Made by a program: the position numbers and the translations under genes. A stretch of 39,782 nucleotides of DNA, taken from a virus (lineage: Duplodnaviria; Heunggongvirae; Uroviricota; Caudoviricetes). The number at the start of each line of letters is the position of its first letter. Position 1 is the first letter of the stretch. The stretch lies in IMG/VR virus record IMGVR_UViG_2687453623_000005; one strand, written 5' to 3'. Under the pieces are notes generated by a model. That model was not told where the DNA came from, searched no databases, and saw nothing but the letters and a program-made list of their open reading frames with translations. This document shows, in pieces, positions 29,160-38,489 of this stretch.

Positions 29160-29990
29160 ATTAATCGCTCTTTTACAGTGCATTATATACTTTGAACGGT
29201 CTGTAATAAACACCCGCTATATTATCGCAGAGTTAGACCCTGTATCCTGAACATTAATACCAGACAATACATGACTGAAGGCACTGGAAATTCCATGTTC
29301 GCCAGTTGTTCACTCCATAATATTGCTGTAACCAAGTCGAACATCTTTCACATAACGGAATCAAACCGTAATCGAGATTAACACGCCCGTAATATGTCTA
29401 TACGAATGCCGGGACAGCGCATTCCATGTACTGAACAGCATGAACAGTACCGCCAAGAGCGAATACCTGTAATACAACCTGAGTTCACCATTCATTGTAC
29501 CAGCAGATAACGCAGTGCACCAACATCTCCTGCTGAAGGTTTTCTGGTGGTGGTGTAAAATTCGGACCAGTCGCTTTCAAAACCATAACCATCACGGGCT
29601 GAACGATAAAAAATACCGCCATTTTTATAATTAATCCGAAACTGAGCTGCAGGACAACTTCCGTCTCCATATAAAAATGAATAATTAACGTTGATGCACC
29701 ACCAATATTTGCGTTATAGGCTCCGCTACTCCAGTTCCATCCAACTGCTTTATCACCATTAACGGTGCTTCCTGTTTTCCTAAGGCAAACGCACCAACAT
29801 GACTTGCTTTTAATGTGATATCGGAGGAACCATCAAAAGCCACATTGCTTATTTTCCTGGCAGTTTTTAATTTTGCAGCTGTAGAAGCATTGCCGGATAG
29901 TTCACCAGAAAGGCCACCGCTGAATGTTTGTCGATTAGTCCAGGTATTCGCTGTACTGAGTAACGGTATTTTCTCCCCGCTTGTGCCGAG
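29160..29990 (-). pseudogene. Alternative tail-fibre C-terminal variable region (H'), disrupted by at least two frameshifts
   Basis: Reverse-strand translation matches the plus-strand H C-terminus in three different frames. Only a 61-aa ORF (29485..29670) survives. Confidence 0.5.
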
Positions 29991-30070
29991 TTCTCGTAAA
30001 CCGAGGTTTTAAATAATGGCCGTTTCTGGCCTGCATGGCATGATTTGCGCTTTTGGACGGGAGATTCAGT

Positions 30071-30670
30071 GTGCTGATTGGCTATGTAAGGGTATCAACA
30101 AATGACCAGAATACAGACCTGCAACGAAACGCTCTTGTTTGTGCAGGATGTGAACAAATATTTGAAGATAAATTAAGCGGGACAAAGACAGACCGACCGG
30201 GATTAAAACGCGCTTTAAAGCGCCTTCAAAAAGGTGACACGCTGGTTGTCTGGAAACTGGATCGCCTCGGGCGAAGCATGAAACATCTGATTTCTCTCGT
30301 CGGGGAACTACGGGAGCGAGGGATTAATTTTCGCAGTCTGACCGACAGCATAGACACATCTTCTCCAATGGGGCGTTTTTTCTTCCACGTGATGGGTGCC
30401 CTGGCTGAAATGGAACGTGAATTAATTGTTGAACGTACACTGGCCGGGCTGGCGGCAGCGCGCGCAAGGGGGCGCACAGGCGGACGTCGACCGAAGCTGA
30501 CAAAAGAACAGCATGAGCAAATAGCAAGGCTAATCAAAAACGGGCACGACAGAAAACAACTGGCAATAATTTACGGCATTGGCACATCGACGATTTATCG
30601 TTATCACCCTGTAGGCGATATACAGACTGAAGAAACAACCGGGCAGACTCAGGAAAATGAAAACCGCTAA
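30071..30670 (+). CDS. Serine recombinase, DNA invertase of the Gin/Pin/Cin/Hin family (GTG at 30071; track ORF starts at TTG 30053)
   Basis: LIGYVRVSTNDQNTDLQRNAL...LVVWKLDRLGRSMKHL is near-identical to Mu Gin and e14 Pin as recalled. Confidence 0.95.
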   Translation: MLIGYVRVSTNDQNTDLQRNALVCAGCEQIFEDKLSGTKTDRPGLKRALKRLQKGDTLVVWKLDRLGRSMKHLISLVGELRERGINFRSLTDSIDTSSPMGRFFFHVMGALAEMERELIVERTLAGLAAARARGRTGGRRPKLTKEQHEQIARLIKNGHDRKQLAIIYGIGTSTIYRYHPVGDIQTEETTGQTQENENR

Positions 30671-30690
30671 TCTGACCATTAGCGGTTTTT
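30662..30690 (+). terminator. Intrinsic terminator after the invertase
   Basis: Hairpin AACCGCTAAT-N6-ATTAGCGGTT followed by a T-run. Confidence 0.55.
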
Positions 30691-30698
30691 GTGTTAAA

Positions 30699-31193
30699 TC
30701 AGAACAGCCCTTTAACTGAACTGGCCGCGCTGTTAAGAGATGATGTCACCTTATCTTTGAAGCCGGACAGCATATCACTGAACGATGAGGATTGCAGGCG
30801 CTCCCGCAAATCCTCATCACAGCGTTCAAGAGTCAGTGAAAATTCTATCTTTTTCGCCTTACCGTAGCGATCAAACTCGGAGCGGGTCGTATTCGTTTCA
30901 GTCAGGACATACATGCCGTAAATCTGCCCGACGCCATCAATCAAAGGCCAGGGTCGTCCTGTATACGCCTGCGTGGTCAGCAGCGACAGCGACACTTCGC
31001 CACCTGTAATTTCAGGATAAAGCACACCAGAAAGAACGATGCGATCATCACCTGCACCGATATACTGCCAGCTTGCTGAACGGTTAACGCGTTCATTTTT
31101 CACATGCCGCCAGCTTTTGTTTTGCTGTAACTGCTGATGCGGCAGCGTGCGCAGCTCAAAAACAAACATGCCGTAGATCATCATCATGGCCAT
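30699..31193 (-). CDS. U: Tail protein, P2 gpU-like
   Basis: Size and position downstream of the tape measure gene. Confidence 0.8.
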   Translation of the reverse strand: MAMMMIYGMFVFELRTLPHQQLQQNKSWRHVKNERVNRSASWQYIGAGDDRIVLSGVLYPEITGGEVSLSLLTTQAYTGRPWPLIDGVGQIYGMYVLTETNTTRSEFDRYGKAKKIEFSLTLERCDEDLRERLQSSSFSDMLSGFKDKVTSSLNSAASSVKGLF

Positions 31194-31199
31194 GACTCC

Positions 31200-34043
31200 T
31201 CAATCTTTATCGTAAAAACTGCCACGCCCGGCACGGGCGCGCCGTTCCATTTCTGCCCTGACCATTTCACCGACCAGTTTCGCCAGTTCGCGGGGATTCT
31301 GCGTAACAACGTTATGCAGATGAACATGAATTTCACCACCAAATCCGGAGGCAACAGGCTCCCGGTTACGGGAAGTTACAGGAACTGATGCCACTGGAGA
31401 TCGTATAGCCTCCGCCACCGGGCGGGAGCTGGCCGCAACAACAGGGACCAGCGCCGGAGGCAGCGGAGCCGGGACCACGGGTGTGATATTAATTGCGGGG
31501 GCAGGCTTACTGACCTGCGCAATCTTCCGCTCCTGCCACTCCCCACGAACAGCAAGTGCTCGGGGCAGGTTTTTAAAGACAATATCGCCGGGGCCAATGC
31601 GTTTTTTCGTCTCCTCAACCAGCTTACCTGTGTTATCAGCAATTTTGCTGAGTCTGCGCAGCGTACCGGTATTGCTGTCTGTGAGCGGTTTATTGTCTTT
31701 GGGGTTATCACCTCCGGTGCCATTGCCATTTTCCACAGGCTTCGGCGGATTGATTTTCGCCAGGTCCCCCTGAAGCAAGGCAACCTTGTCCTGAAGAATG
31801 GCCGCACGCTGTGCGTCTTCGATTTTCTTGCGCGCCCTTTCCGCTTCATCCGGAAGCACACCAAGCTTTTCAAGTATCCACGCCAGCGTATCCAGCAACA
31901 TTTTTGCAGGTGTCAGAACAAGTTGTAACGCACCGCCAAGAACGTTACCGAATATCTCGCCAGCACTGGTACATTTATCCAGAGTTTCCTTGCTGGACTC
32001 CATCGGAGACAGCAGCGATTTAAACCAGTTAAACACCTGGCTGATCCCACTCCCGATTGCGTCAAAAACAGGACCAAACCGTTCAAAGGTTTCGCGCAAC
32101 GGGGTCAGCCTTTCCATAATCCCGCTGAACACCCCGGCAAAAAATGCCCTGATGGGATCCCAGTATTTCCAGATGAGAACGGCAGCTCCGGCAAGCGCAG
32201 CCACGATAAGGCCGACCGGACTGAACAACGCCCCGATAGCGCCCCCCAGTAACGAAACGGAACCCGTCACCATTCCCCATAGTGCTGGCAGGAGTCTGAC
32301 AGCATTCATTGAACCGGTCAGGAGGGAAAAGCCAAGACGCAGTTTTGCCAGCGGGCCAGCAAGCACACCAATAGCCAGCGACAACGAGCCAACCGTTGCA
32401 GTCATTGCCAGCAACGCACCGCCTGCTATCAGTAGCTGGCGCGTCAGTACCGGATGGGCCTGCGCCAGCGAGGTGATTTTTTCAAGCACCCGCGTGAGCC
32501 ACTGCGTGACAGAACGCAGCGGACCGTCAACCAGATCACTGATGCGAATACGAAGACCTTCCCATGCGCTGTCGAGATTTTTCAGGTCCCCATCAAGATT
32601 ATCGGCCATTACTTTTGCAACGCGATCGGCCTCTCCCCTTGCCCCCTGCAATTCTCTGGTCAGTTTTTGCAGCTCTCCTGAACCAGCCGCCGCAACAAGC
32701 GTCTGCAAACCAACGAACGCCTCTTCTCCGGCGATGTCCTTGAAGAAGGAAACCTGGTCCACCTGTCCGTATTTTTGTGTCGCCTTATAGAGATCAAGCA
32801 GCACATCCTCCATCGGGCGCATTTTGCCTCTGGCGTCAGCAACTGACACCCCCAGCTCTTTCAGCGCATCAGCCGCAGCTTTTGGCGGTGATGCAAGGCG
32901 GGACAGACTTGCGCGCATGGCCGTACCAGCATCGCTTCCACGAAGACCATTATTGGCAAGCATCCCGGCCATGGCTGCCGCTTCTTCAAGACTGATACCA
33001 AGTTTTGCGGCAACCGGACCGGTATACTTCATGGTTTCGCCCAGCGCGCGTAAATCAGTATTGGTCCGGGTGAATGCCGCTGTCAGCGTATCGCCAACCC
33101 GGTCCATTTGATCGGCTGTCAGGTTGAACTGTGTGAGGATATTGGAGCCTATATCAGCCGTCTCGCCGAGTTCGACGCCACCTGCCAGCGCCATATTAAG
33201 AACACCGGGCAATGCGGCCTGAATGGCCTGCGGAGTAAAACCAGCCATTGCCAGAAAGCTCTGCCCACTGGCGGCATCACTCGCAGTAAACTGTGTTTCA
33301 GAGCCAAGTTTTAACGCCTGCTCACGCAGCGCCTTAAACTGCGGGCTGTTTTTGTCGATTCGCGTCAGCGCCTGAACGCGGGACATCTCTTTGCCGAACC
33401 CGATCGCGGGCTGCAAAAAACGCCCGGCAGCATAGCCGCCCGCCGCTGCCGCACCAATTGCCAGCGCACCACCTGTTTTCAGTTTTCCCGCGGTTTCCTG
33501 CGCGCGCGAATACCGCTCACGAGCCTGCGTTACACGCGCAAGCGCCTGCCGTTCGCGTTCAAGCTGGTTGTTGTATTGTTCGGTGCGTCTGATGGCCTGC
33601 TGGATGGTGTTATCGCTGCCTGTCAGGGAAATGCCGTGGCGTTTCAGTTCTCCGCCAAGCTCCCGCATTTTCTGAATTTCCCGTGTGCGCGATTCATTCA
33701 GGCGTTCAAGCCGGGTGCTTAACTGCTGCATCAGCTTTTGTTGTTTTTCGCTGAGCACTGTACCCGTGCGTTGTAACTGATTAAGGGCGTTAAGCTGGCG
33801 TCGTGCTTTCACGATACCCGCATCCGCTTTACTGACAGCGTCGCGGGCGCGCTCAAATGAACGCGCCTGACGCTCGAGATTTTTGATCGCCCCCTGCGTT
33901 CGCTGAATGGAGTCACCAAACTGCCCCATCAGGCGGCGGGCGTTTTCGGCAGGCCGGGTCAGCCTGTCAACGGCGCTGAAAGCGACCCGGATGTCAAGAG
34001 TCTTCATTATCTGCATTCCCGCTGCGAAGTGCCGCCCGCTCAC
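31200..34043 (-). CDS. T: Tail tape measure protein, P2 gpT-like, 947 aa
   Basis: Length, coiled-coil N-terminal region, Gly/Ala-rich hydrophobic middle. Confidence 0.9.
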   Translation of the reverse strand: MSGRHFAAGMQIMKTLDIRVAFSAVDRLTRPAENARRLMGQFGDSIQRTQGAIKNLERQARSFERARDAVSKADAGIVKARRQLNALNQLQRTGTVLSEKQQKLMQQLSTRLERLNESRTREIQKMRELGGELKRHGISLTGSDNTIQQAIRRTEQYNNQLERERQALARVTQARERYSRAQETAGKLKTGGALAIGAAAAGGYAAGRFLQPAIGFGKEMSRVQALTRIDKNSPQFKALREQALKLGSETQFTASDAASGQSFLAMAGFTPQAIQAALPGVLNMALAGGVELGETADIGSNILTQFNLTADQMDRVGDTLTAAFTRTNTDLRALGETMKYTGPVAAKLGISLEEAAAMAGMLANNGLRGSDAGTAMRASLSRLASPPKAAADALKELGVSVADARGKMRPMEDVLLDLYKATQKYGQVDQVSFFKDIAGEEAFVGLQTLVAAAGSGELQKLTRELQGARGEADRVAKVMADNLDGDLKNLDSAWEGLRIRISDLVDGPLRSVTQWLTRVLEKITSLAQAHPVLTRQLLIAGGALLAMTATVGSLSLAIGVLAGPLAKLRLGFSLLTGSMNAVRLLPALWGMVTGSVSLLGGAIGALFSPVGLIVAALAGAAVLIWKYWDPIRAFFAGVFSGIMERLTPLRETFERFGPVFDAIGSGISQVFNWFKSLLSPMESSKETLDKCTSAGEIFGNVLGGALQLVLTPAKMLLDTLAWILEKLGVLPDEAERARKKIEDAQRAAILQDKVALLQGDLAKINPPKPVENGNGTGGDNPKDNKPLTDSNTGTLRRLSKIADNTGKLVEETKKRIGPGDIVFKNLPRALAVRGEWQERKIAQVSKPAPAINITPVVPAPLPPALVPVVAASSRPVAEAIRSPVASVPVTSRNREPVASGFGGEIHVHLHNVVTQNPRELAKLVGEMVRAEMERRARAGRGSFYDKD

Positions 34044-34532
34044 GCCAGCTAACCACTTCGCCGGGCGTCATCATGAAGATTTCGGCGGGCGACCAGTTGA
34101 AAATGGCGGCAATATCCGCCACCAGATCTTCGATGTGCTCAAAGCACACCAGGGTGATTACGCTGCCGTCTCCTGCACGCTCTTCGCGCCAGAGTCTGGC
34201 TCGCTCATAAAATTTACAGCCACAGCGCACAACTGAATAAAATCGCGTGACGACATTTTTTTAATCATCACTTCATCCAGTCGTGGCGAGGTCACGCGAG
34301 GCAACAGCGTGAACATGGTATCCGCTTTCAGATTCAGCACATCAGACAGCGACAGACCACGCAGGGATCCCGCCTGCTCAATAGCCCCGGTGATCTCCAC
34401 ATATGTGATTTTTTCGGCACCACGCTCAATTGGCCGGGAAAGTTTTACACCACGTTCGACAGCCATATCCTCACCTGACGTCACATCATCCGCTACGGTG
34501 TTATTCCGGGTTTCAGTATCGATATCTTTCAT
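33994..34532 (-). CDS. Tail assembly chaperone fusion E+E' produced by programmed -1 frameshift at the A7 run (plus-strand T7 at 34256..34262)
   Basis: The -1 frame is open from the slippery run to the stop at 33994; same architecture as P2 E/E' and lambda G/GT. Confidence 0.6.
34158..34532 (-). CDS. E: Tail assembly chaperone, gpE-like
   Basis: Position between FII and T; AAGGAG ribosome-binding site. Confidence 0.8.
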   Translation of the reverse strand: MKDIDTETRNNTVADDVTSGEDMAVERGVKLSRPIERGAEKITYVEITGAIEQAGSLRGLSLSDVLNLKADTMFTLLPRVTSPRLDEVMIKKMSSRDFIQLCAVAVNFMSEPDSGAKSVQETAA

Positions 34533-34587
34533 CAGTTGTCTCCTTTTCAGTCAGAGGCGACGCACTGCGCCGCCTGCATATTACTTA

Positions 34588-35100
34588 TCAGCCAAGCCCA
34601 AGCGCGGAACGAATGCGGTCAGGCACAATGTCCTTGCCGTCCTTCCGGTAGATGTGGTTCAACAGGTCGATTTCCCACAGCGGGCGATCGTTAACGCTCA
34701 GCTTGTAGTAGGTGTTTTTGACAGCGTAAGTGTGTGATGTGGCTTCGCCCTGTTTGGCCTCCCCCATATCAATTTCCGTCACACGCCCGCGCATCTCGAT
34801 TTCATACAGATCGCTTTCTGCATCGGTGTAATATTCACCCGCAAAACGCAGCAGCGTGCCGTCAATCGTGCCGCCATACTTAAGGAACAGTGCACGAACA
34901 GCTCCCCCCATGACAAAGCTCGCATCAAGCGCGGAGTCGTCCAGACCGAGATCAATACTTACTGCTCCCATCATGCCACCACCACGATAGCTGTCGGTTT
35001 TGCGCGTCAGTTTGGGCGGCGTGACGGATGTCACTTTACCCACTTCGTTTTCACCATCCACAAACAACGTAAAAAAGCGAAGATGTTTTGGTACAGCCAT
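34588..35100 (-). CDS. FII: Tail tube protein, P2 gpFII-like
   Basis: Size and synteny. Confidence 0.9.
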   Translation of the reverse strand: MAVPKHLRFFTLFVDGENEVGKVTSVTPPKLTRKTDSYRGGGMMGAVSIDLGLDDSALDASFVMGGAVRALFLKYGGTIDGTLLRFAGEYYTDAESDLYEIEMRGRVTEIDMGEAKQGEATSHTYAVKNTYYKLSVNDRPLWEIDLLNHIYRKDGKDIVPDRIRSALGLG

Positions 35101-36284
35101 CAGGCACCTCCCAGCACCGCAAATGCGGGACCAAAGAATTCATCAGTAAACGTCTGGTAAAGCTCCATGTCTTCCAGCGGGGGAACGGGCGTATATTTGT
35201 AGCGAATACGCACACGCCCCTGACGTAAATCCGTGGTGCCGTTATCCACCACGTCATACCAGCACTCCGCGCCAATCAGTTTCCCGGCAGTAACCAGCGA
35301 ATCCAATTTTGCCCTGATGGCACTGATAACATCCTTCACGTTCGCAGGCGTCAGTGGACTGTCGATGGTTTCAAACTGCGCTTCCGCAATTGAATCAGCC
35401 AGCACCTGTGCGGTTCGGGTATACACCTCAAAGATGTAGGCGTTCGTTTCCGGTGTGCGGTTGCCCCAGAAGCGGAACCCGTTACGACGAATAATGGTCG
35501 TGATTTCTTTGTTGTTGAGGCTGTTGGCATCACTGTCTTCGGCCTGTAACGACCAGAACACATGCCTCGACATCCCCAGCACATTTTTAACCGGAACGTT
35601 GGACAGCGATTTGTGCCAGCCCTGCTCATGGTCAATGTACGCACGAAGGCCGCACGCATAAGCAGGCGCGGGGAACGTTTCGTTTTTGCCACTTTTCGGG
35701 TTGTAGGCGATGAAGTCAGGCCATAAGAGCATCACCTCACGTTCGTTGAATTTCTGGCGGTAGGTAATCGCCTCAGCCATCGTGTTACAACCATGACATG
35801 TGGCATACACAAACGCGCGCAGTTTACCCGCAATCACGCACAGGGATTTTGTCACCGCCTCCGTGTCCAGCTCCGGCGCGGCCAGAATACGCGGACGGTA
35901 TCCGATGCTTTCATCCTGCTCTGCAACAAGCAGCGCATACATCCCCGTATAGCTGCCGTCAGATTCAGAACCACCGATAACCAGTTGATCCTGCGTCCTA
36001 CCGCCTTCTTCTTTGTGTTCAGCCACGCGAACGACGATCACTTTTGTGCTCACCTGGTCTGCGATAGCCTTAAGCGCACGATAAAGCGTCCCCGTAGTCC
36101 CGCATTTTCCCAGCACGTCATTGACGCGGGTCAGCAGTGTGGGCTTGTTCAGCGGGAACAGCTCCGCATCCGCATCATCCGCCGTTGCCACGATACCGAT
36201 AACGCTGGAATCAACATCATTAATCGCTGTTACCAGGTCGGTACTTTCCGTGACACGGGCACCATGAAAACGAGTTTCACTCAT
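35100..36284 (-). CDS. FI: Contractile tail sheath protein, P2 gpFI-like, 394 aa
   Basis: Motifs DADAE.FPLNKP, KLRAF, GWHK.LSNV and LIRR.GFRFWGNRT match P2 FI as recalled. Confidence 0.95.
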   Translation of the reverse strand: MSETRFHGARVTESTDLVTAINDVDSSVIGIVATADDADAELFPLNKPTLLTRVNDVLGKCGTTGTLYRALKAIADQVSTKVIVVRVAEHKEEGGRTQDQLVIGGSESDGSYTGMYALLVAEQDESIGYRPRILAAPELDTEAVTKSLCVIAGKLRAFVYATCHGCNTMAEAITYRQKFNEREVMLLWPDFIAYNPKSGKNETFPAPAYACGLRAYIDHEQGWHKSLSNVPVKNVLGMSRHVFWSLQAEDSDANSLNNKEITTIIRRNGFRFWGNRTPETNAYIFEVYTRTAQVLADSIAEAQFETIDSPLTPANVKDVISAIRAKLDSLVTAGKLIGAECWYDVVDNGTTDLRQGRVRIRYKYTPVPPLEDMELYQTFTDEFFGPAFAVLGGA

Positions 36285-36441
36285 AGCTTCAGCCCCTTGT
36301 ATCCGTTAAATGATTCGGCAACAATCATCACCCACCACGCGCGTAATCTCACCCCTGCGCCGTTCTCCCGCCACGGCGACAACAAAAAGCAGTAACCCCC
36401 TCCGCACGCACATGCGACCATGCCGCACAGGGAGGGAGCAG

Positions 36442-37551
36442 ATGACCGACACCACCATGCAATTGCTCAGTCAGGGCACAGACCCCGTGAAAATGCCGGA
36501 TTTTGATATTCTCGCGGAGGGTAAAACGCTGTCAGGCGTGGCAGAGCGCCTGATGAGCCTGTCACTGACCGACAACCGGGGATTTGAGGCGGACCAGCTC
36601 ACCATCACGCTGGATGATGCGGATGGTCAGTTGCAGCTACCGCCACGGGGCGCGCGCCTGACGGTTCTCATTGGCTGGAAAGGAGAACCGCTGACAGAAA
36701 AAGGCACTTACATTGTTGATGAAATCGCTCACGAAGGACCGCCGGACAGGCTGACTGTTTCAGCCAGAAGCGCAGATTTTCGGGATGAATTTAACGTTAA
36801 ACGTGAGGTGTCCTGGCATGATGTGACCGTTGAGCGTGTGGTATCCGCCATCGCTCATCGGTATGGTCTGAAACCGCAAATCAGCGAAATGCTGATGGAT
36901 ATCGAAATCGACCACGCCGACCAGACCGAAGAAAGCGACATGTCCTTCCTTACGCGCATGGCGGAAATGCTGGGCGCAATCACCACGGTAAAAAGCGGTA
37001 ATCTGTTATTCATCATGCCCGGCGGTGGCGTGAACGCACAGGGCCAGCCGTTGCCATCGTTTGCCATCACACGCAGCAGCGGCGATCGCCATCAGTTCCG
37101 CATTGCTGACCGCGAAGCGTATACGGGGGTACGCGCTTACTGGCTTGATCTTAATTACGGGAAAAAGAAAAAAGTCAGCGTGAAACGCCGTAAACCGCCA
37201 AAACCCAAAAAGGAGAAAAGCAGCAGCCGCGAAGGTGATTATATGGAAGGCGCGGAAGGCAATGTGTTTGTGTTACGCAAGACTTATCAGAACGAGCAGG
37301 CAGCAAGACGCGCAGCGGCGGCAAAGTGGCAGCAACTACAACGCGGAGCCGCATCATTCTCCATCACGCTGGCGCGTGGACGTGCAGAACTCTACCCCGA
37401 AATGCATGGCACGGTAACAGGATTTAAAAGCGAGATTGATAATCAGGACTGGATCATTGCAAAAGCCGAGCACACCATTGATAACAGCGGTTTTACCACG
37501 CAGCTTGAGCTTGAGGCAAAAATCCCGGAATGGATAGCGGAAACAGAGTGA
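36442..37551 (+). CDS. D: Tail protein/late control protein, P2 gpD-like
   Basis: ATG at 36442 after GGAGGGA; size and position next to ogr. Confidence 0.85.
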   Translation: MTDTTMQLLSQGTDPVKMPDFDILAEGKTLSGVAERLMSLSLTDNRGFEADQLTITLDDADGQLQLPPRGARLTVLIGWKGEPLTEKGTYIVDEIAHEGPPDRLTVSARSADFRDEFNVKREVSWHDVTVERVVSAIAHRYGLKPQISEMLMDIEIDHADQTEESDMSFLTRMAEMLGAITTVKSGNLLFIMPGGGVNAQGQPLPSFAITRSSGDRHQFRIADREAYTGVRAYWLDLNYGKKKKVSVKRRKPPKPKKEKSSSREGDYMEGAEGNVFVLRKTYQNEQAARRAAAAKWQQLQRGAASFSITLARGRAELYPEMHGTVTGFKSEIDNQDWIIAKAEHTIDNSGFTTQLELEAKIPEWIAETE

Positions 37552-37591
37552 GCAACTTAGAATAGGCAGCACCACGTTAAGGGAGGTCGCT

Positions 37592-37852
37592 ATGTTCCGT
37601 TGTCCGCTTTGTGGCGCATCTGCCCGTATCCGCACCAGTCGTCCGGAAAATGATTCAAACACCGTGCGGCAAAAGTATTACCAGTGTAACAATCTGGAAT
37701 GCGGCGTATGCTTCTCAACACTGGAAGCTTTCCATAAATTCACATCAAAACACGCCTCCGGCGTTCACTCTTCAGAAGGTATCCCGTGGCATGATCTGCC
37801 AGCTTCACACAGGGGAAACAATCAGATGAGTTTGCCTTTATCTCAGAATTAA
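37592..37852 (+). CDS. ogr: Ogr/Delta-type zinc-finger late transcription activator
   Basis: MFRCPLCGASARIRTSR...YYQCNNLECGVCF matches the Cys4 motif of P2 Ogr. Confidence 0.9.
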   Translation: MFRCPLCGASARIRTSRPENDSNTVRQKYYQCNNLECGVCFSTLEAFHKFTSKHASGVHSSEGIPWHDLPASHRGNNQMSLPLSQN

Positions 37853-37940
37853 CAGGCAGAATTGCCGGAGTAACAAAAAAGCGATAGATTACGTGCGGGT
37901 GCCTTTCGGCTGATGGTCGGAGGGAATACCCGAAGGCCAG

Positions 37941-38126
37941 ATGTGGAAAGGCCCCGAGTCAACTTTAACGTTAACCCGAGGCCCTAACCATCTACCCTCA
38001 GCAAGTGATAGGTTAGCGCCTCCCCGAAAAAGGAGCAAGCGCTATGTCGCAAAAATCGCTTACGGCCATCACATTCTGCGTGACGGCAATCCTCATCATC
38101 TGGATGCTGCACGGTTCGCTGTGTGA
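37941..38126 (+). CDS. mok-like overlapping leader reading frame
   Basis: Track ORF begins upstream of the hok-like gene and overlaps it in another frame, as in hok/mok/sok loci. Confidence 0.35.
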   Translation: MWKGPESTLTLTRGPNHLPSASDRLAPPRKRSKRYVAKIAYGHHILRDGNPHHLDAARFAV

Positions 38127-38184
38127 AATACGGATGAGTTTCTGGGGAGCGGAGTTTGCGGCGTTCTTACAGTGTAAGCAGTAA
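38044..38184 (+). CDS. Hok/Gef-family type I toxin, 46 aa (MSQKSLTAITFCVTAILIIWMLHGSLCEIRMSFWGAEFAAFLQCKQ)
   Basis: N-terminal TM helix followed by SLCEIR and EFAAF, the conserved Hok core. AGGAG ribosome-binding site 8 nt upstream. Confidence 0.7.
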   Translation: MSQKSLTAITFCVTAILIIWMLHGSLCEIRMSFWGAEFAAFLQCKQ

Positions 38185-38277
38185 GGAAACCGCGACGGGG
38201 AAGGCAACTTCCCCGTCAATCGGTTGCCAGGGTAAAGGTCGAAAAGGCACCCTATTTCCAGTTGACGTGAACAACAA

Positions 38278-38310
38278 GCCCGCAGCGTAAAAACTGCGGG
38301 TTTTCTTTTT
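38278..38310 (+). terminator. Intrinsic terminator downstream of the hok-like gene
   Basis: Hairpin CCCGCAG-N8-CTGCGGG followed by TTTTCTTTTT. Confidence 0.6.
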
Positions 38311-38344
38311 GGTTCCCTCACTCATGAGGACACCAAAAAACAAA

Positions 38345-38373
38345 GCCCACAGCATAGAAGCTGTGGGCTTTTT
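38345..38373. terminator. Bidirectional hairpin terminator; probable serS terminator on the minus strand
   Basis: Hairpin GCCCACAGC-N6-GCTGTGGGC with an A-run before and a T-run after. Confidence 0.5.
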
Positions 38374-38489
38374 GCATTCAAAGATGGACGTTATATGGAC
38401 ACTTAAAAATAAAATCCATTTATTTTCAAATGATTAAACCTCTACTTAAAGCGCCCGCAGGCGCTTTTTAGATTCAGAAAAATTGGGTA

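Larger units (their letters stand above)
27349..30016. other. Invertible tail-fibre segment (G-segment-like) bounded by gix-like crossover sites
   Basis: About 130-bp inverted repeats at 27349..27478 and 29887..30016. Outer 26-bp sites TTATCGAATACCTCGGTTTACGAGAA and TTCTCGTAAACCGAGGTTTTAAATAA resemble Mu gix as I recall it. Invertase gene adjacent. Confidence 0.75.
1..37860. mobile_element. P2-like prophage (left att outside window; right boundary unresolved, somewhere between ogr stop at 37852 and serS)
   Basis: Contiguous P2-type gene set: int/C/cox, gene A, Q/P, O/N/M/L, X, lysis, R/S, V/W/J/I/H/G, FI/FII/E/T/U, D, ogr. Host gene serS at right edge. Confidence 0.85.

Noticed and set aside
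29815-30012. 65-aa plus-strand ORF at the right inverted repeat
   Set aside because: It is the mirror image of the antisense frame of H created by the inverted repeat.
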